From NCBI RefSeq assembly GCF_048593235.1, contig NC_133617.1:71570937-71634936 (forward strand): a stretch of 64,000 nucleotides of DNA, read 5' to 3'. Under the pieces are notes generated by a model. That model saw nothing but the letters and a program-made list of their open reading frames with translations, was not told the DNA's origin and did not search any database. The DNA comes from Sminthopsis crassicaudata (lineage: Eukaryota). How positions within the stretch are numbered: the first letter of the stretch is position 1; every line of letters begins with the position of its first letter. Below, piece after piece: positions 11,054 to 23,490 of the stretch. The position numbers and the translations under genes were made by a program.

Positions 11054-14000
11054 TCAGCTGGAGCTGCTGGTTTCAGGCTTCTGAGGGGAGAGCTCAGATG
11101 CCTGGCGGGTCACGGGGGAAATGGCCATCTTGCCGTCGTGTCCAAAACTCAAGCACCATTCCTGCCTGGGGGAGCCGGGCCCAGTAGAAAGGCGGGCCCT
11201 GAAGCAGTGTCCAGAGTCCCGAGGCCGCGCCTGTGCCAGGTCCGGGGGCTCAGGGCCCAGCCAGAGGCACTTGGGCAAGTATCTCTGGAGCACTGCCAGC
11301 TGGAGGGCAGCTGCCTCCGTCTCGGCCTCAGTGGGACTGCGCATGGTGACCAGGAGCCCACAGTCCCTGCTTAAGCAGACGGAGAAGTAGGCGACCGTGT
11401 CCACCAGCAGGGCTGCCAGGTGGGCCCACGCCTGGGGTCCCGAGGTCTCCGCCAAGTACTCGTGCAGCCCGTCCAGGAGCAGGAGGGAGGGAGGCGGGGC
11501 TGTCCTTTCATGCATGGAACTCAGGAGCTGCAGCAGCTCCCGCAGGGAGGGAGGATACAGGAAGTGGATTTTCTGAAAGAAAGGCAGCAAAGGGGGAAGA
11601 TCATAATAGCCAGCATTTGTGTAGCACTTAAGGTTTGCACTTTACAGATGTGATCTTCCTGGGAGGAGGCTGATGGGATCAGCTTGAGGAGGGCCAACGG
11701 TTAGGAAGCCCTTAGGTCAGGATCTGACCCCGCTGAGCCCCCTAGAGACGGTGCCTCAGGAAATAACTGGAACAAGCCAGAAGGGGGAAAAATCCCAAGT
11801 GTCAGAACTGCAAGGGAGCGCTGACCCCCGAGCCTCTGATGGTCCCTAATCACCCAGCGAGCCCTGCCCAAACTCTCAGCTGGGCATGCAGAGCCTGGCA
11901 ATGTTTAGTCTCCCTTTCAGCCTCGGGTTTTCACAGTTCCCACAAATTTAGATCCAGCCTTCCACTAGAAACTTCTTTCATTTTTCCTCAGTCTAATCCA
12001 AACTCTGTCCTTTTTTTTCATGGCAGAGATCACAAACCCTCGCCAATCCCTCGCCCCAGCTCACAAGGACATGCTCTATATGCTTACAAGTTGAGTTGGT
12101 CTCCTTAACCATACACACATATTAATCACCATCTGTATATTTTTATCCAGTCAATTCAATAAACATTAATTAAGCATCTATTGGGTACAAGTCAGGGGAG
12201 CAGATTTTGAAGATCCAAAGAAAAAAATGTCAGGGAATGCATTCCACTTGGGAGATTGGGACCTGTGCACAGATGGCATGCAATTCAACTCAGAGTGAGA
12301 AGGGGGAAAGAAAGAGAAAGCTAGAAACAAGTAATTCCCACTTTAGGGGTGAGGAATAGGGGTGGGGAGCAGGGAGGAGCGGGGAAACCCTTTCGGGAAT
12401 GGGGGCCAGACCGCAAAGTGTGCAGAGGCAAGAAGAAGGAGCCCGAGGAATGGCCAGTGGTCACTCGCATACAAGACAGTGAGACACATGGCTGGCAGTT
12501 TGGACACTGGCTGAGAACCCTTGGACTGGTACACTGAAGATTATTTTGGCCACTGTGGGGAGGCCAGAGCAGTGAGGGAGGGAAGACCGACTTCCATGGT
12601 CCAGGTGAGAGCAGTGATGGGGAGGGGGGGCGGCACTAGGGGGTGGGGTGAATAAAGAGAAATACTGTGGGGGCAGCTAGGGGGCGCAGTGGACAGAGCA
12701 CCAGCCCTGAAGTCAGGAGTTCAAATGTGCCTCAGACACTTAGCACTTCCTGGCTGTGTGACCCTGGGCAAGTCACTTAATCCCAATTGCCTCAGCAAAA
12801 AAAAAAAAAAAAAAAAAAAGCAAAATACTGTGGAGGGAGCACTGACAGGACTGAGCACTGACTGGCTCGGGGGAGGGGACTCCAAGGTGGGGGAGCAGGT
12901 GACTGGAAAGGTCGCTGCTGCTAGTAACGGAAATGGGGAGAGGGGGGGCGTTTTGGAGCGCTGGAAGTCGTTCAGACAGAGATGTGCTGGAGGCGGTTGG
13001 GGGTGTGGGAGGGAATCCAGAGATGAGGCCGGGGGATCTAGATTTGAGAGCCTGCTACAAAAAAAGCAATAGTTAAACTCACTCGAGGGCACAGGAGAAA
13101 AGGAAAGGGGATCGGGCCAGGAGAGGGGAGCGGGAAGGGCATTGGGGGGGATGGGCAGTAATGAGCAGGACCGAGAGGAACAACAGCCGGGCAGGGGGAG
13201 GAGCGAGAGGCTCGGGTGGAGCACCGTCCCTGGTTACAGAAGGTCAGGCCGGGGAGGCCGGTGACCAGTGACGTCACTTACCACCAGAGTGAGACTTTCC
13301 AGGGGGAAGCTGCTCTTTGTGTTTTCCTAAGTTAGAGGCCCGAGGTTCAGGAGTGAATGGGGGATAAGGAAATGACTGGCGACGATTCTAGGAGTTTAGC
13401 AGAGAAGGAGAAGCAGAGGAATGATGACTGGGGGGGGGGGGGTCAAGGGAAGACTAAGGGTGACCAGAGTGGCTAAGAGCGCAACGGGGAGACTGAGGCG
13501 GAGAGAAGGCCCCTCCTCCAACAAAGATGGCGGGGAGGGTCAGGTCTGAGGAAAAAAAGGCCCGGTCTTCCCGGGATACCAAGAACACACGTCAGTCAGG
13601 GAGCTCGCTGCCGCAGCCCTTGGACAAGGAGGAAGAAGCCGCTCCCTCCTAGGAGACTTTATTGTTATTATTTATATAAAGCTTAAAAACCATGCCTAAT
13701 TCTCACCATCCCCCAGGCAAACCAGGCGCTCCAATTCTTTCCCCCTCCCCTCTCCCCACCCCCTCCCCAGACCAAATAATCCAATATCCGTTAAACGTGT
13801 GCAATTCTGCAGACTTCTGAAAGCGGAAGTGACAGGGTCAGATTTGGGTCTGGGGGCGGTGATTTGGCTGCTTTGTGCAGGACAGAGTGAGGAGGGAGAC
13901 TCTGGAAGGTTCTTCTATGGCCGATGTTTTGCTTCTGCACCCCCACAAGAAGCGCAGTGCCGGGTGGCGGATGGATTGTGAAGCCCAAACATTAACCCTG

Positions 14001-14335
14001 CCTCTATCCAGAGCCCCGCCCACTGGCGGGCCCGCCCCCTATCCCGAAGCCCCGCCTCCCGACCCAGAGCACCGCCTCCCAGTTACCTGAAGCCGCAGCG
14101 GGTCCCTAGCAGCTCCGGCCTTCCATCCCGGGGGCAGGCTCTGGAGGGCCCTCCGAGCCACAAAGAGCACGGGGCCCCGGCCCTCCCCCGCTGCCCCCAG
14201 GGCCACCGCGAACAGCAGGGCCGTCTTCCCGGAACCCGGCTCCCCTAGTAGCAGAAGGCCGGGCCCCTCCCTAGTGACACTACCGTCTCCGCCGGCCCCT
14301 GCTCCGAGACTCAGCAGCAGCTGCAGAGCCTCCAT
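11054..14335 (-). CDS. SWSAP1: SWIM-type zinc finger 7-associated protein 1 (RAD51-paralog-like ATPase of the Shu complex), 2 exons, 255 aa
   Basis: Exons 14335-14087 and 11572-11054, phase 0 junction RLQ|KIHFLYPPS. Walker A GEPGSGKT and Walker B LLLLDGL are present. It lies tail-to-tail with EPOR as in human. Confidence 0.93.
12671..12822 (+). mobile_element. Young marsupial WSINE1-like SINE in the SWSAP1 intron
   Basis: ggggcagctag...gcaagtcacttaatccc...A-tail, flanked by the direct repeat AAATACTGTGG (12660-12670 and 12823-12833). Confidence 0.85.
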
Positions 14336-14430
14336 GCCCGCGCTCAGCCCTCCCCCCGTGCCTCATACGCGACCAATCAGAACACTGCTCTTCCGCTGAT
14401 CCCACCCCTTGTCAACGTTCCATTGGCTCA
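14000..14430 (-). promoter_or_regulatory. SWSAP1 CpG-rich promoter/exon 1 with CCAAT boxes
   Basis: CpG-rich. CCAAT at 14373-14377 and ATTGG at 14422-14426; GC boxes at 14014-14058. Confidence 0.65.
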
Positions 14431-15893
14431 GACTCAGTTCACTTAAAACTCCTCTAGAACCTCTGCATGGGTCCGACCCCGCCTCCAGCGGATGGTCACT
14501 CCACGTGTTTTTCCCAACCCGATTGTAATCTGGGGCACTGGCTGCCTTGGCGCCTCCTACCGCATCCTCTTAGGTTCAGAGCTCCACTAGTTCTTTTCCT
14601 TCCCCTCCTCTTTGTTCCTTCTCCCGCGCTTCCCTCGGGAGCCATTTCTTGTTTTTCCTGCATTTAGCCTGCTTTGCATATATTTGCATGTTGTCTCCCT
14701 ATTAGGTCATGAACTCTGAGGGCAGGGACTGTGTCCCTGTCCCGTGGGAGACCCTTAATAAAGGGTTCCTCGGTTGCTCTCGCGTTCTCCAGTTTCTTCC
14801 ACATGCTTCCCAGCTGAAATCCTCCATGTCTCCCACTTAGAATGCGAGCTCCTTAACAGCAGAGACTGTGACGTTTGTAATCTAGAATTTAGCGTAGTGA
14901 GTGGGCCCTGAATGGCTCGGAGTGAAAGTAACTGACAATGGCTTCTATTTCGGACTGAAACCCTGACTTCCCAGGTCCATCCCGGGCTGATTTTGGTTTT
15001 GACTCGGTAAAGAGTCCTCCCTCTGCCCTATTTCTCACCCGCCCCAACTTGATTGGTCATCGCCTCAGTCAGAAGGATACCTGGGAAAGCCTTAAAAAGC
15101 CGCGCTCTCCCGCTGCGTCCGGGGGCATCTCCTGCCGCCCGATCTGTGTGTCTGGCCCTGGCCCCAGAGGCTCTGGAGGAGAGAGTGGGGCCGGTGACTG
15201 CACAGCCCTCGCTCACTCCACAGCTCGTTTACCTGTGGTGTCTGCAAGAACAAAGGACAAACCACAGATTAGATGGTTCTCATCTCCCTTCCAGCTCACG
15301 CGGCTCCATTCTGGAAGGTGGCAATAATGGCTTCAACTTCTCTTGGTATTGGTTATGAATGCAGAAGGGGGGGCTGTAGATCATGGCAGCCCCCCACTTT
15401 GGGAGTTCAGAATAAAGGACAAACAATAACAACTAGTCTTAGCGGTTTTCCTTCCATAAAATCTCAGCAGCCTTTCTAATTCAGGTCTTTATCACCTTTG
15501 AACTTGGCCAGAGCTTCTTAAATATTTTTTCCTCTCAACTCCTTTTTGCCCAAGAGATTTTGAGGAGACCCTGGATATATTAGTATGTAAAAAAGTATAC
15601 AAATCAAAAGTTTAATAAATCATATTTTGTGAGCCTCACATTGTTACAAGACCCTATGTGAGGTCACGAACCACAGTTTAAAAAACTGGGACCTAGCCTA
15701 TTGAAGTACTCTCCTAACTGGTCTCTCCTCTGCAGCCCAACCCTCTTAAGAACTGTCCGATGAATATTCCTAAATATTCCTAAAGTGATGTGAACTTGTC
15801 ACTCTCCTATTCAAGATTCAGAGACTTCTTATTACCTCAGAAAGAAAGAAAATTCACAGACCTCTGGTTGCTATTTAAAACTCTTCATGATCT

Positions 15894-16792
15894 ATTAATC
15901 AAAGAAATGCAAATTAAGACAACTCTGAGATACCACTCACAACTCTCAGATTGGCTAAGATGACAGGAACAAATAACGATGAATGTTGGAGGGGATGTGG
16001 GAAAACTGGGACACTGATGCATTGTTGGTGGAGTTGTGAAAGAATCCAGCCATTCTGGAGAGCAATCTGGAATTATGCCCCAAAAGTTACCAAACTGTGC
16101 ATACCCTTTGACCCAGCAGTGCTACTACTGGGCTTATATCCCAAGGAAAGACTGAAGAGGGGAAAGGAACCTGTATGTGCCAAAATGTTTGTGGCAGCCC
16201 TTTTTGTAGTGGCTAGAAGCTGGAAGATGAATGGATGTCCACCAATTGGAGAATGGTTGGGTAAATTATGGTACATGAATGTTATGGAATATTATTGCTC
16301 TGTAAGAAATGACCAGCAGGAGGAATACAGAGAGGCTTGGAGAGACTTATATCAACTGATGCTGAGTGAAATGAGCAGGACCAGAAGATCACTATACACT
16401 TCAACAACAATACTGTATGCTGATCAATTCTGATGGACGTGGCCCTCTCCAACAATGAGATGAACCAGCTACACCCAGGGAAAGAACTCTGGGAGATGAC
16501 TATGAACCACTACATAGAATTCCCAATCCCTCTATTTTTGTCCACCTGCATTTTGGATTTCCTTCACAGGCTAAATGTACTCTACTTCAAAGTCCAATTC
16601 TTTTTATACAGCAAAACAACTGGATATGTATACATATATTGTATTTAACTTATACTTTAACATATTTAACATGTATTGGTCAACCTGTCATATGGGGGGG
16701 AGGAGGGGAAAAATTAGAACAAAAGGTTTGGCAATTGTCAATGCTGTAAAATTACCCGTGCATATATCTGGTAAATAAAAACTATTAAAAAA
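15894..16792 (+). mobile_element. Young 5'-truncated LINE-1 with TSDs
   Basis: Open 160-codon ORF2 C-terminus with the Cys knuckle (CWRGCGKTGTLMHCWWSC), 3' UTR and A-tail. A 17-bp TSD AAAACTCTTCATGATCT lies at 15877-15893 and 16793-16809, at a TTT/AAAA site. Confidence 0.93.
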
Positions 16793-18765
16793 AAAACTCT
16801 TCATGATCTTATCATCAGTCTAATTTCACCTCACTCCACCTCACACACTCTACATTCCAGCCAAACTGACGTAAGTGCTGTTTTGTCATGCAAAACATTC
16901 CATGTCTAGGAAGTGTGGCTTTGGACAGCCTGTCCCCTTGTGCCTGGAATGCACTCCCCTTTCACCCCAACTTCTGGATTCTCTTGTTTCTTTTAAGCAT
17001 TTGCTCACATACTTCCTACTTCTAGAAGTCTTTCTTGATTCCTCCCTCTCCACTCACATTTGTCATGGCTCTCCTCAAAAATTACTTTGTGTTTAGTTTG
17101 CATGTGAGGCAACTTTCTATTTGGGCCTTGTAGCTGTTCTTCCTGTTTCCCACATCCCCCCTCCCTTCCACCCTCACCCCTCACCCCTCACCCCCAGATC
17201 TTCAGGCATCCAAGAGAGATGGAAATATAGAACTGAATCCTCTTGAAGTAGGCACTACCGTAAACAGCATTTCTCAGCAGTCATGCTGATTTAGTAGGAC
17301 TTAGGTTATCAGTTTTTTGGTTTTTTTTTTACTTTTAAAAATAATTTATTTATTTTAGCACAAGTATTTATTTTCTCTCTTCCTTATTGTGCCTCCACAT
17401 TGAACAATTTTGAAAAAAAAATAAAATCCCCAAAATAGATATGGATAGATCAGCAAAACAGCTTCCCACATTGACCATACCTGAAAATATGTCTCCTCTC
17501 TGACAGGATGTGGATGGCATGTTTCATCTTCCATCTTCGGAACTTATGGCTTATCGTTGCACAAATCAGGGTTTTCAAATTGTTTAAAGATACTTTTCCT
17601 ATGGTGTCATTGTCACCATATAATTACTCTCTTAGTTTTGTTCACACTTTTTATAATTTTTATTTAAATCTAATATGTATAAACATATTTATGCAATTTA
17701 TATAATTCTCTTGTTGAACAAGAAAATCATATCAAAAAATAAAGAAAATGCAAGCAAACAACAAAAAGAGTGAGAATGCTATGTTGTGATCCACAGCTCC
17801 CTCAGTTCTCTCTCTGGGGGTAGATGACTCTCTTCATCACAAGATCATTGGAACTGGTCTGAACCATCTCACTGTTGGAAGTCATGCCCATCAGAATTGA
17901 TTGTCCTATAATTTTGAGTCACATCAATTTATTGAACTGACATTGAAACTGTCCATTTTATCATTTCTTATGGTCCCATAATATTCCATAAGTTGTTCAG
18001 CCTTTCCCCAGTTGATGTGCAACCCTTTAGTTTTTAGGTTAGGCAGACTTTTTCAGGGTATTCCTCCCCAGACAGAGAAGTGGCTGCTCTTAGTTCCTAT
18101 TATTGAGGGGGCCTTTCCTCCTCACTAGAAAATAATCAGGGAAGGAAATGAAAGTTCCCTTGGTCAAATCTTGTAAAGGGTTAAAAAAAGGGTCCCTGCT
18201 TCACCTAGTTCAGGAAGCAGCTTACCAAAGCCTCCATGTGGATTGATATTAAGTAAAGTATATTTATGCATTCTTTAAGGACTGAGAATTTATTGGCTAG
18301 TCCCTCATTACATATGAAATATTCCATGGCCATTTCTGCAAAGAAATGCATTTTCTTAATTCTTCTCTAATTCAAGCATAAATATTATAAATATACAACA
18401 TTTGGTTTTTTTTTTTCTTTCAAACTTATTGGTGCAGTTTTTGTAGGTGTTGTTTGTTTTTACTTTATTCTGTCAGTTCATATGTGTTCTCATACTTTTC
18501 TGAATTTTTCACATCTTTTGTTTTTTATGGTTCAGTAATATTCCATTGTATTCATATGCTACAATTTGTTTAACTATTTCTAATCAATAGATATATAAAA
18601 TTTGCTTCCAATTCTTTGCTTGGTGTTTTCAAATATAATTTTTTTGGTTATTTGGAATCTTTCTTCTTTGTCACTGACCTCTTTGTGGTATATGCCTAGT
18701 AGTGTAATCTCTGGGTCAAAGATATGATTTTAGTCTTTACTCATCCTCTAAATTTTTTTTTCCCC

Positions 18766-18895
18766 CTGAAGCTGGGGTTAAGTGACTTGCTCAGGGTCAC
18801 ACAGCTAGGAAGTGTTGTGTCTGAGACCAGATTTGAACTCAGGTCCTCCTGAATTCAAGGCTGGTGCTCTATCCACTGCACCACCTAGCTGCCCC
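18766..18895 (-). mobile_element. WSINE1-like SINE
   Basis: Reverse complement of the same SINE consensus as at 12671 and 59290. Confidence 0.85.
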
Positions 18896-19150
18896 TATTC
18901 CCTAATTTTTTTTTGCATAATTATAAATTGCTTTTCAGAATAATTGAATCAATCCACAATTCTACCAACACCATGTGGAAGGATCTTTTTCTTTTCTTTT
19001 TTTAAAGAAAGATAAAACAGTCCTTTGCAGATTTTACTTCTGGTCATTCTTCTGGTGTTTGCTCTTCCTGGTTGATTCTGATTGCCAGTATAAAACTGGG
19101 GAATCACTGGGTATAAGAAGTGTGGAGGGGATTTCCTGAAACCTTTCATG

Positions 19151-19278
19151 NNNNNNNNNNNNNNNNNNNNNNNNNNNNNNNNNNNNNNNNNNNNNNNNNN
19201 NNNNNNNNNNNNNNNNNNNNNNNNNNNNNNNNNNNNNNNNNNNNNNNNNNNNNNNNNNNNNNNNNNNNNNNNNNNNNN
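19151..19278. other. Assembly gap (128 N)
   Basis: Run of N. Confidence 0.99.
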
Positions 19279-21929
19279 TTTCCTTCTTTCTTTCTCTGTG
19301 AGAGATAAACTGTTTTCTCTCCTCTCTGTGACCTTGAGAGCAAGAGACTACAAAGGTCTTTTAGTGCATCTGTCTCGGCTCCCCCTGTGAAAACAAAGCA
19401 GATGGACACACAAGAGCACACACACATTAGTAACCCAAACTCAGCCAAAGTGTCTGTGCTCCCCTGATTCCTGTGTACTTTTATTTTGTTTCAGGAAAGA
19501 AATAGTAACTATTATGTGCCAGGGCCTATGCTAAGCACTTTACAAATGATTATCTCACTTGATTCTCACAAGTTCTGGGAGATAGACTCTGTCCCCATTT
19601 TGCAGTTGAGGAAACTGAATAAGACAGAGGTTAATTGACTTTATCCAGAGTTACCCGGTGGTAAGTGCCTGAATCAGGATTTGCTCTCAAGATCTTCCCA
19701 ATAATCTTCCTACTGGACCAGCTAGCTGCCTTTGTTTCCACTTTACAAGAATAAATACAGATGTAGTCTATAGATCAATTGCTGAATTCTTTGTGAATAT
19801 CCTGAGAAAGGATGTGACTGAGGTCTGAGAATTTAATATTTTTTGAATTCATCTATGCTCCAGATTGGAACAGAGACCCCTGAAAGAAAGTATTAAGCAG
19901 GGTGTGGAAGCTTGAGTGATATTACAAGGTTATTTGCTTGTGTGCCTTAGAGAAAAACACAAACAACTGGTGACGTGAGTGCCACCCAATGGCTCACATA
20001 GGTATAGCAAGATGAACAATGGCCACACCTGCTTGAGCTAGTAGTCCCCTTAGGACTTAAAATTGTCCTTACTCTTTGGGAAAAATGTTACATATCTATT
20101 GTGCTGACTTACCCTAGTAGTATTTCATACTTTCCTTCTCCCTCACCCCAAACAGAGGAGAAGAATATAAACTCTTTATGATGAGGGACTATTTCATTTT
20201 TATTTGCATTTCCCAGCACTGAGCATGTTTCCAGACACATAATAGGTGCTTCATTGACGTAATCATGTTTCATACTATCCTCTCTCACCCTGAATAGAGG
20301 AGTAAAATGTTTATGATGAGGGAGTAGTTCGTTTTGTATTTTCCAACACTTGAGCACATTTTCAGACACATAGTGGGTGCTTCATTAATGTTTTTGAGCT
20401 AATAAATGAGAAGATCCACAGAGAACAAGCACATGTAGAAAAAAGTATTGAAAGGTTTTTAGATCAGGATTAGGATAGAAGAGAAATAGGATGGTAAATA
20501 ATGTCTTTTCTCCTCTCCTTTTCCTTCTCCTTCACCTTTCTCCATTTTCTCACTTACCCTCTTCCTTCATGTCCTTTTATTTACATAATAAATATTTATT
20601 AAGTTTGATTATAAGAAAATCAAGTCAGGCTTGAGTTTCTTAGCTGTAGCTAGGGGCAGAATTCTGAACTAAACAAGGAATAGAGATGTTAAAAAATAAT
20701 TTTGATGACAAGTGAAATGAATGTAAGAAGCAGAGAAAGAACCAATAGTCAGGGAGAGATGGTAGCAGGTAAATTAAGATAATAATAATGGTAATCTTCA
20801 GGAGAAGATGGGAATGGATGGAATTAAAGAGATCTGGCCTTGGCAAGCCAAAGAACTACCTCATGTCTTGAGCCTGACAATTCATTAGAGTCTGGCACTC
20901 CAAATTAGAGTAAAGCAGGAGACGAAGGATATTTGGAATCCATTTGACATAAGAGAGATATTTGATGAAGAGGACTGAGTTCTTGATGAATAGCCCCTCA
21001 GTTTGTGGGGAAGGAAGTACAAGATGTATAACTCAGCCAAGAGGTGGTGGGGGTGGATAGTGACATGGGAAGGAGAGAAGAAAAAGTTTAGAACAATAGA
21101 GAGACATCAGGACATCAGTATTGTTTCTGGTTCCTTTGCTACTACAAAAAGTGCTGCTCCAAATATTTTGATGAATTTCTTTTTATCATTGACCTCCTTG
21201 GGGTATATGCTAGAATTGGAGTCTCTGGGTTTAAGGGTTTGGACGTTTTAGAGACTTTTAGTTCTGCAGCTAAAAGCACCTTTCTTTGTGGTCTTCTTTT
21301 CTAATTATATTCCTACCTTTTAGCACCATATTTATGCATAGTAAGTGCTTACTAAATTATTTTTCTTGTGTTAATTTCTCTCCATAATTTCAAATTGTTT
21401 CCCAGAATGATTGGATTAATTCGCTATTCCACTAACAGTGTATTAGAAATATACCCATCTTTCCACAATCCTTTAACATTGACTATTTCCCTACCCAGTT
21501 CTTTTCCATATGACTCATTTAACCATGTCCCCCCAACCCCCCATTATTTAGTTGTGTATCTGATTTTTTTGAATTCAAGTTTTGAGCTTCAACATTTAGC
21601 TTATTAAATGTAGTCCTATATTCTAGCCTTTTGTGAACTTTCTGGGTCCTAAGTGTCATCCAACCTGTTAATTACGCTCTCTACCATCTATGAATTTTAT
21701 AACCCTGACATCTCAGTCATTGATAAAAAACTTGAAACAGCACAGGGCCAAAGACACCTCTCTGGGACATTCCCTCCAAGTCAACAACTGAACTACTTAT
21801 CATGTTAAATAAAAGAAAATTAAGATTTTTTTTTCTTGCTTAATCCAGGTTGATTCTTAGCGATCATGGATTTGTTTTCTCAGTACTTGTAAATCATTGC
21901 TCCAATTAAGTCAAGTGGGCCTTAGAAAG

Positions 21930-23490
21930 CATTATAAACTGTAAGGCTAGTGAAGTGACGGAGTTCCAGCTGAGCTACTTAAAATCCTAAAAGATGATGT
22001 GCTTAAAACACTGCACTTAATATGCTGGCAAATTTAGAAAATACAACAGTGATCACTGCATTGGAAAACATCAATTTATATCCCAATCTTAAAGGCAATA
22101 CCAAAGAATGTTCAAATTATTGAATGTGTGTGGAACGGTATCAACCACAAAAACAATCAGAGAGTCTCAGAATAAGAAAAAGGGGGCTTATTATGGTCTC
22201 TGGAGAAAGGGCATCTCCCATCTGACAAGGTATTTGTCAGTAAAAGGAGCACAAAGTTAAAAACTGCAAAACACAAGATTAAATAGCCAGAATGCATACG
22301 ATCCTGAAGCCCTCCCCCAAACCTTGCCTTTTCTTTCTCATTGTTTGGGAGGAGTCCAGGCTTACATTCTAATCGAAGAAATCTAACCCAGAAATAAGAG
22401 AATAAAAAAGAGGTACTTAATGCTAATTAAGAGGTAGTGAGAGATCTAAGGAGACAATATAAATCATCACATGCTATGTTCACTTCTCTCTTTTTTTAAA
22501 TCTCTCCCATGTTTTTTCCCTTTTGCTCTAATTTTTCTCTCCCAACATGATTATAAAATAATGTGTATTAAAAATAAATTAATTTACTACGATATCAAAA
22601 AGAAATGGTGGGAAACAGGAGGGGATAAACACTTGCAACTTTTTTTTAGCTATAGCTTTATTTGTTATTAGCAGTAGTCCTCAAACTTTTTAAATAGGGG
22701 GCCAGTTCACTGTCCCTCAGACTGTTGGAGGCCGGACTATAGTAAAAACAAAAACTCACACTGTTTCCACCTCTCAGCCCATTTGTCATAACCCGACAGG
22801 CCGCATAAAAATCACAATTAAGGTATACTTTAAGGCTACATTCCCATGAGAGTGTCTTGACTCAGTTAACTACACACATCAAACAATTGTACTCATTCCA
22901 CACACCATCAAGGTTCTGTTTAAAGATTTTACAAGATAGGCTTCAGCAATATGTGAACCAAGAAATACCAGAAGTACAGACTGGTTTTCAAAGAGGAAGA
23001 GGAACTAGAAACCAAATTGCTAACAATCGCTGAATTATTCAGAAAGCAAAAGAATTCCAGAATTCTGCTTCTTTGACAATACAAAAATCTTTGATTGTGT
23101 GGATCACAGCAAAATATCCTCTAAGAGATGAGGGTGTCAGATCATTTTATTTGTCTTCTGAGGAGCCTGAACCCAGGTCAAGAAGCAACAGCGAGTACTG
23201 AACATAGAAGTTTAAGAAAAGGAGTATGACAAAACTGTATAATATCATCTTATTTATTTAACTTTCATGCAGAGTACATTATGTAAAATGCCAGACTGAA
23301 ATTATGCAAAATACAAGGCTGAATGGCTCAAAAGCTGGAATTAAGGTTTCTGGGAGAAGTATCAAGAATCTCAGCTATGCAGATGATACCACTCTAATGG
23401 CAGAAAGTGAAGAAGATTTAAGATTAAGATCTAAGAAGCTTCTTGATGAGGGTGAGAATGTAAAAGCTAGCTTAAAGTTTAACATTAAAA
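21930..23490 (+). mobile_element. BovB-type RTE LINE fragment (interrupted)
   Basis: RT motif GRSIKNLSYADDTTLMAESEEDL in ORF 23304-23588. The pieces at 21930-22130 and 22890-23490 are split by an LTR-like segment and a hAT end. Confidence 0.8.
22672..22808 (+). mobile_element. Non-autonomous hAT (OC1/OposCharlie-like) 5' end
   Basis: CAGTAGTCCTCAAACTTTTTAAATAGGGGGCCAGTTCACTGTCCCTCAGACTGTTGGAGG matches the OC1-type terminus as I recall it. No right TIR is seen. Confidence 0.6.

Noticed and set aside
10533-11084. 183-aa + strand ORF between EPOR and SWSAP1
   Set aside because: It crosses the poly(A) signals, has no recognisable domain, and looks like a GC-rich shadow ORF in the UTRs.
12671-12720. 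tRNA-like A/B boxes
   Set aside because: They are the tRNA-derived heads of SINEs, not tRNA genes. No rRNA, tRNA, snoRNA or CRISPR array is supported anywhere in the window.
15509-15690. Possible hAT-type MITE (CAGAGCTTCTTAAA ... GTTTAAAAAACTGGG)
   Set aside because: The TIRs have several mismatches and no matching 8-bp TSD is present, so it is not supported well enough to call.
19120-19448. ORFs spanning N runs (also 45524-46015)
   Set aside because: They are artefacts of translating through assembly gaps.
18040-19450. LTR-like segments around the first gap (also 22130-22470)
   Set aside because: There are no paired LTRs, PBS or gag/pol peptides, and the family cannot be assigned without a repeat library.
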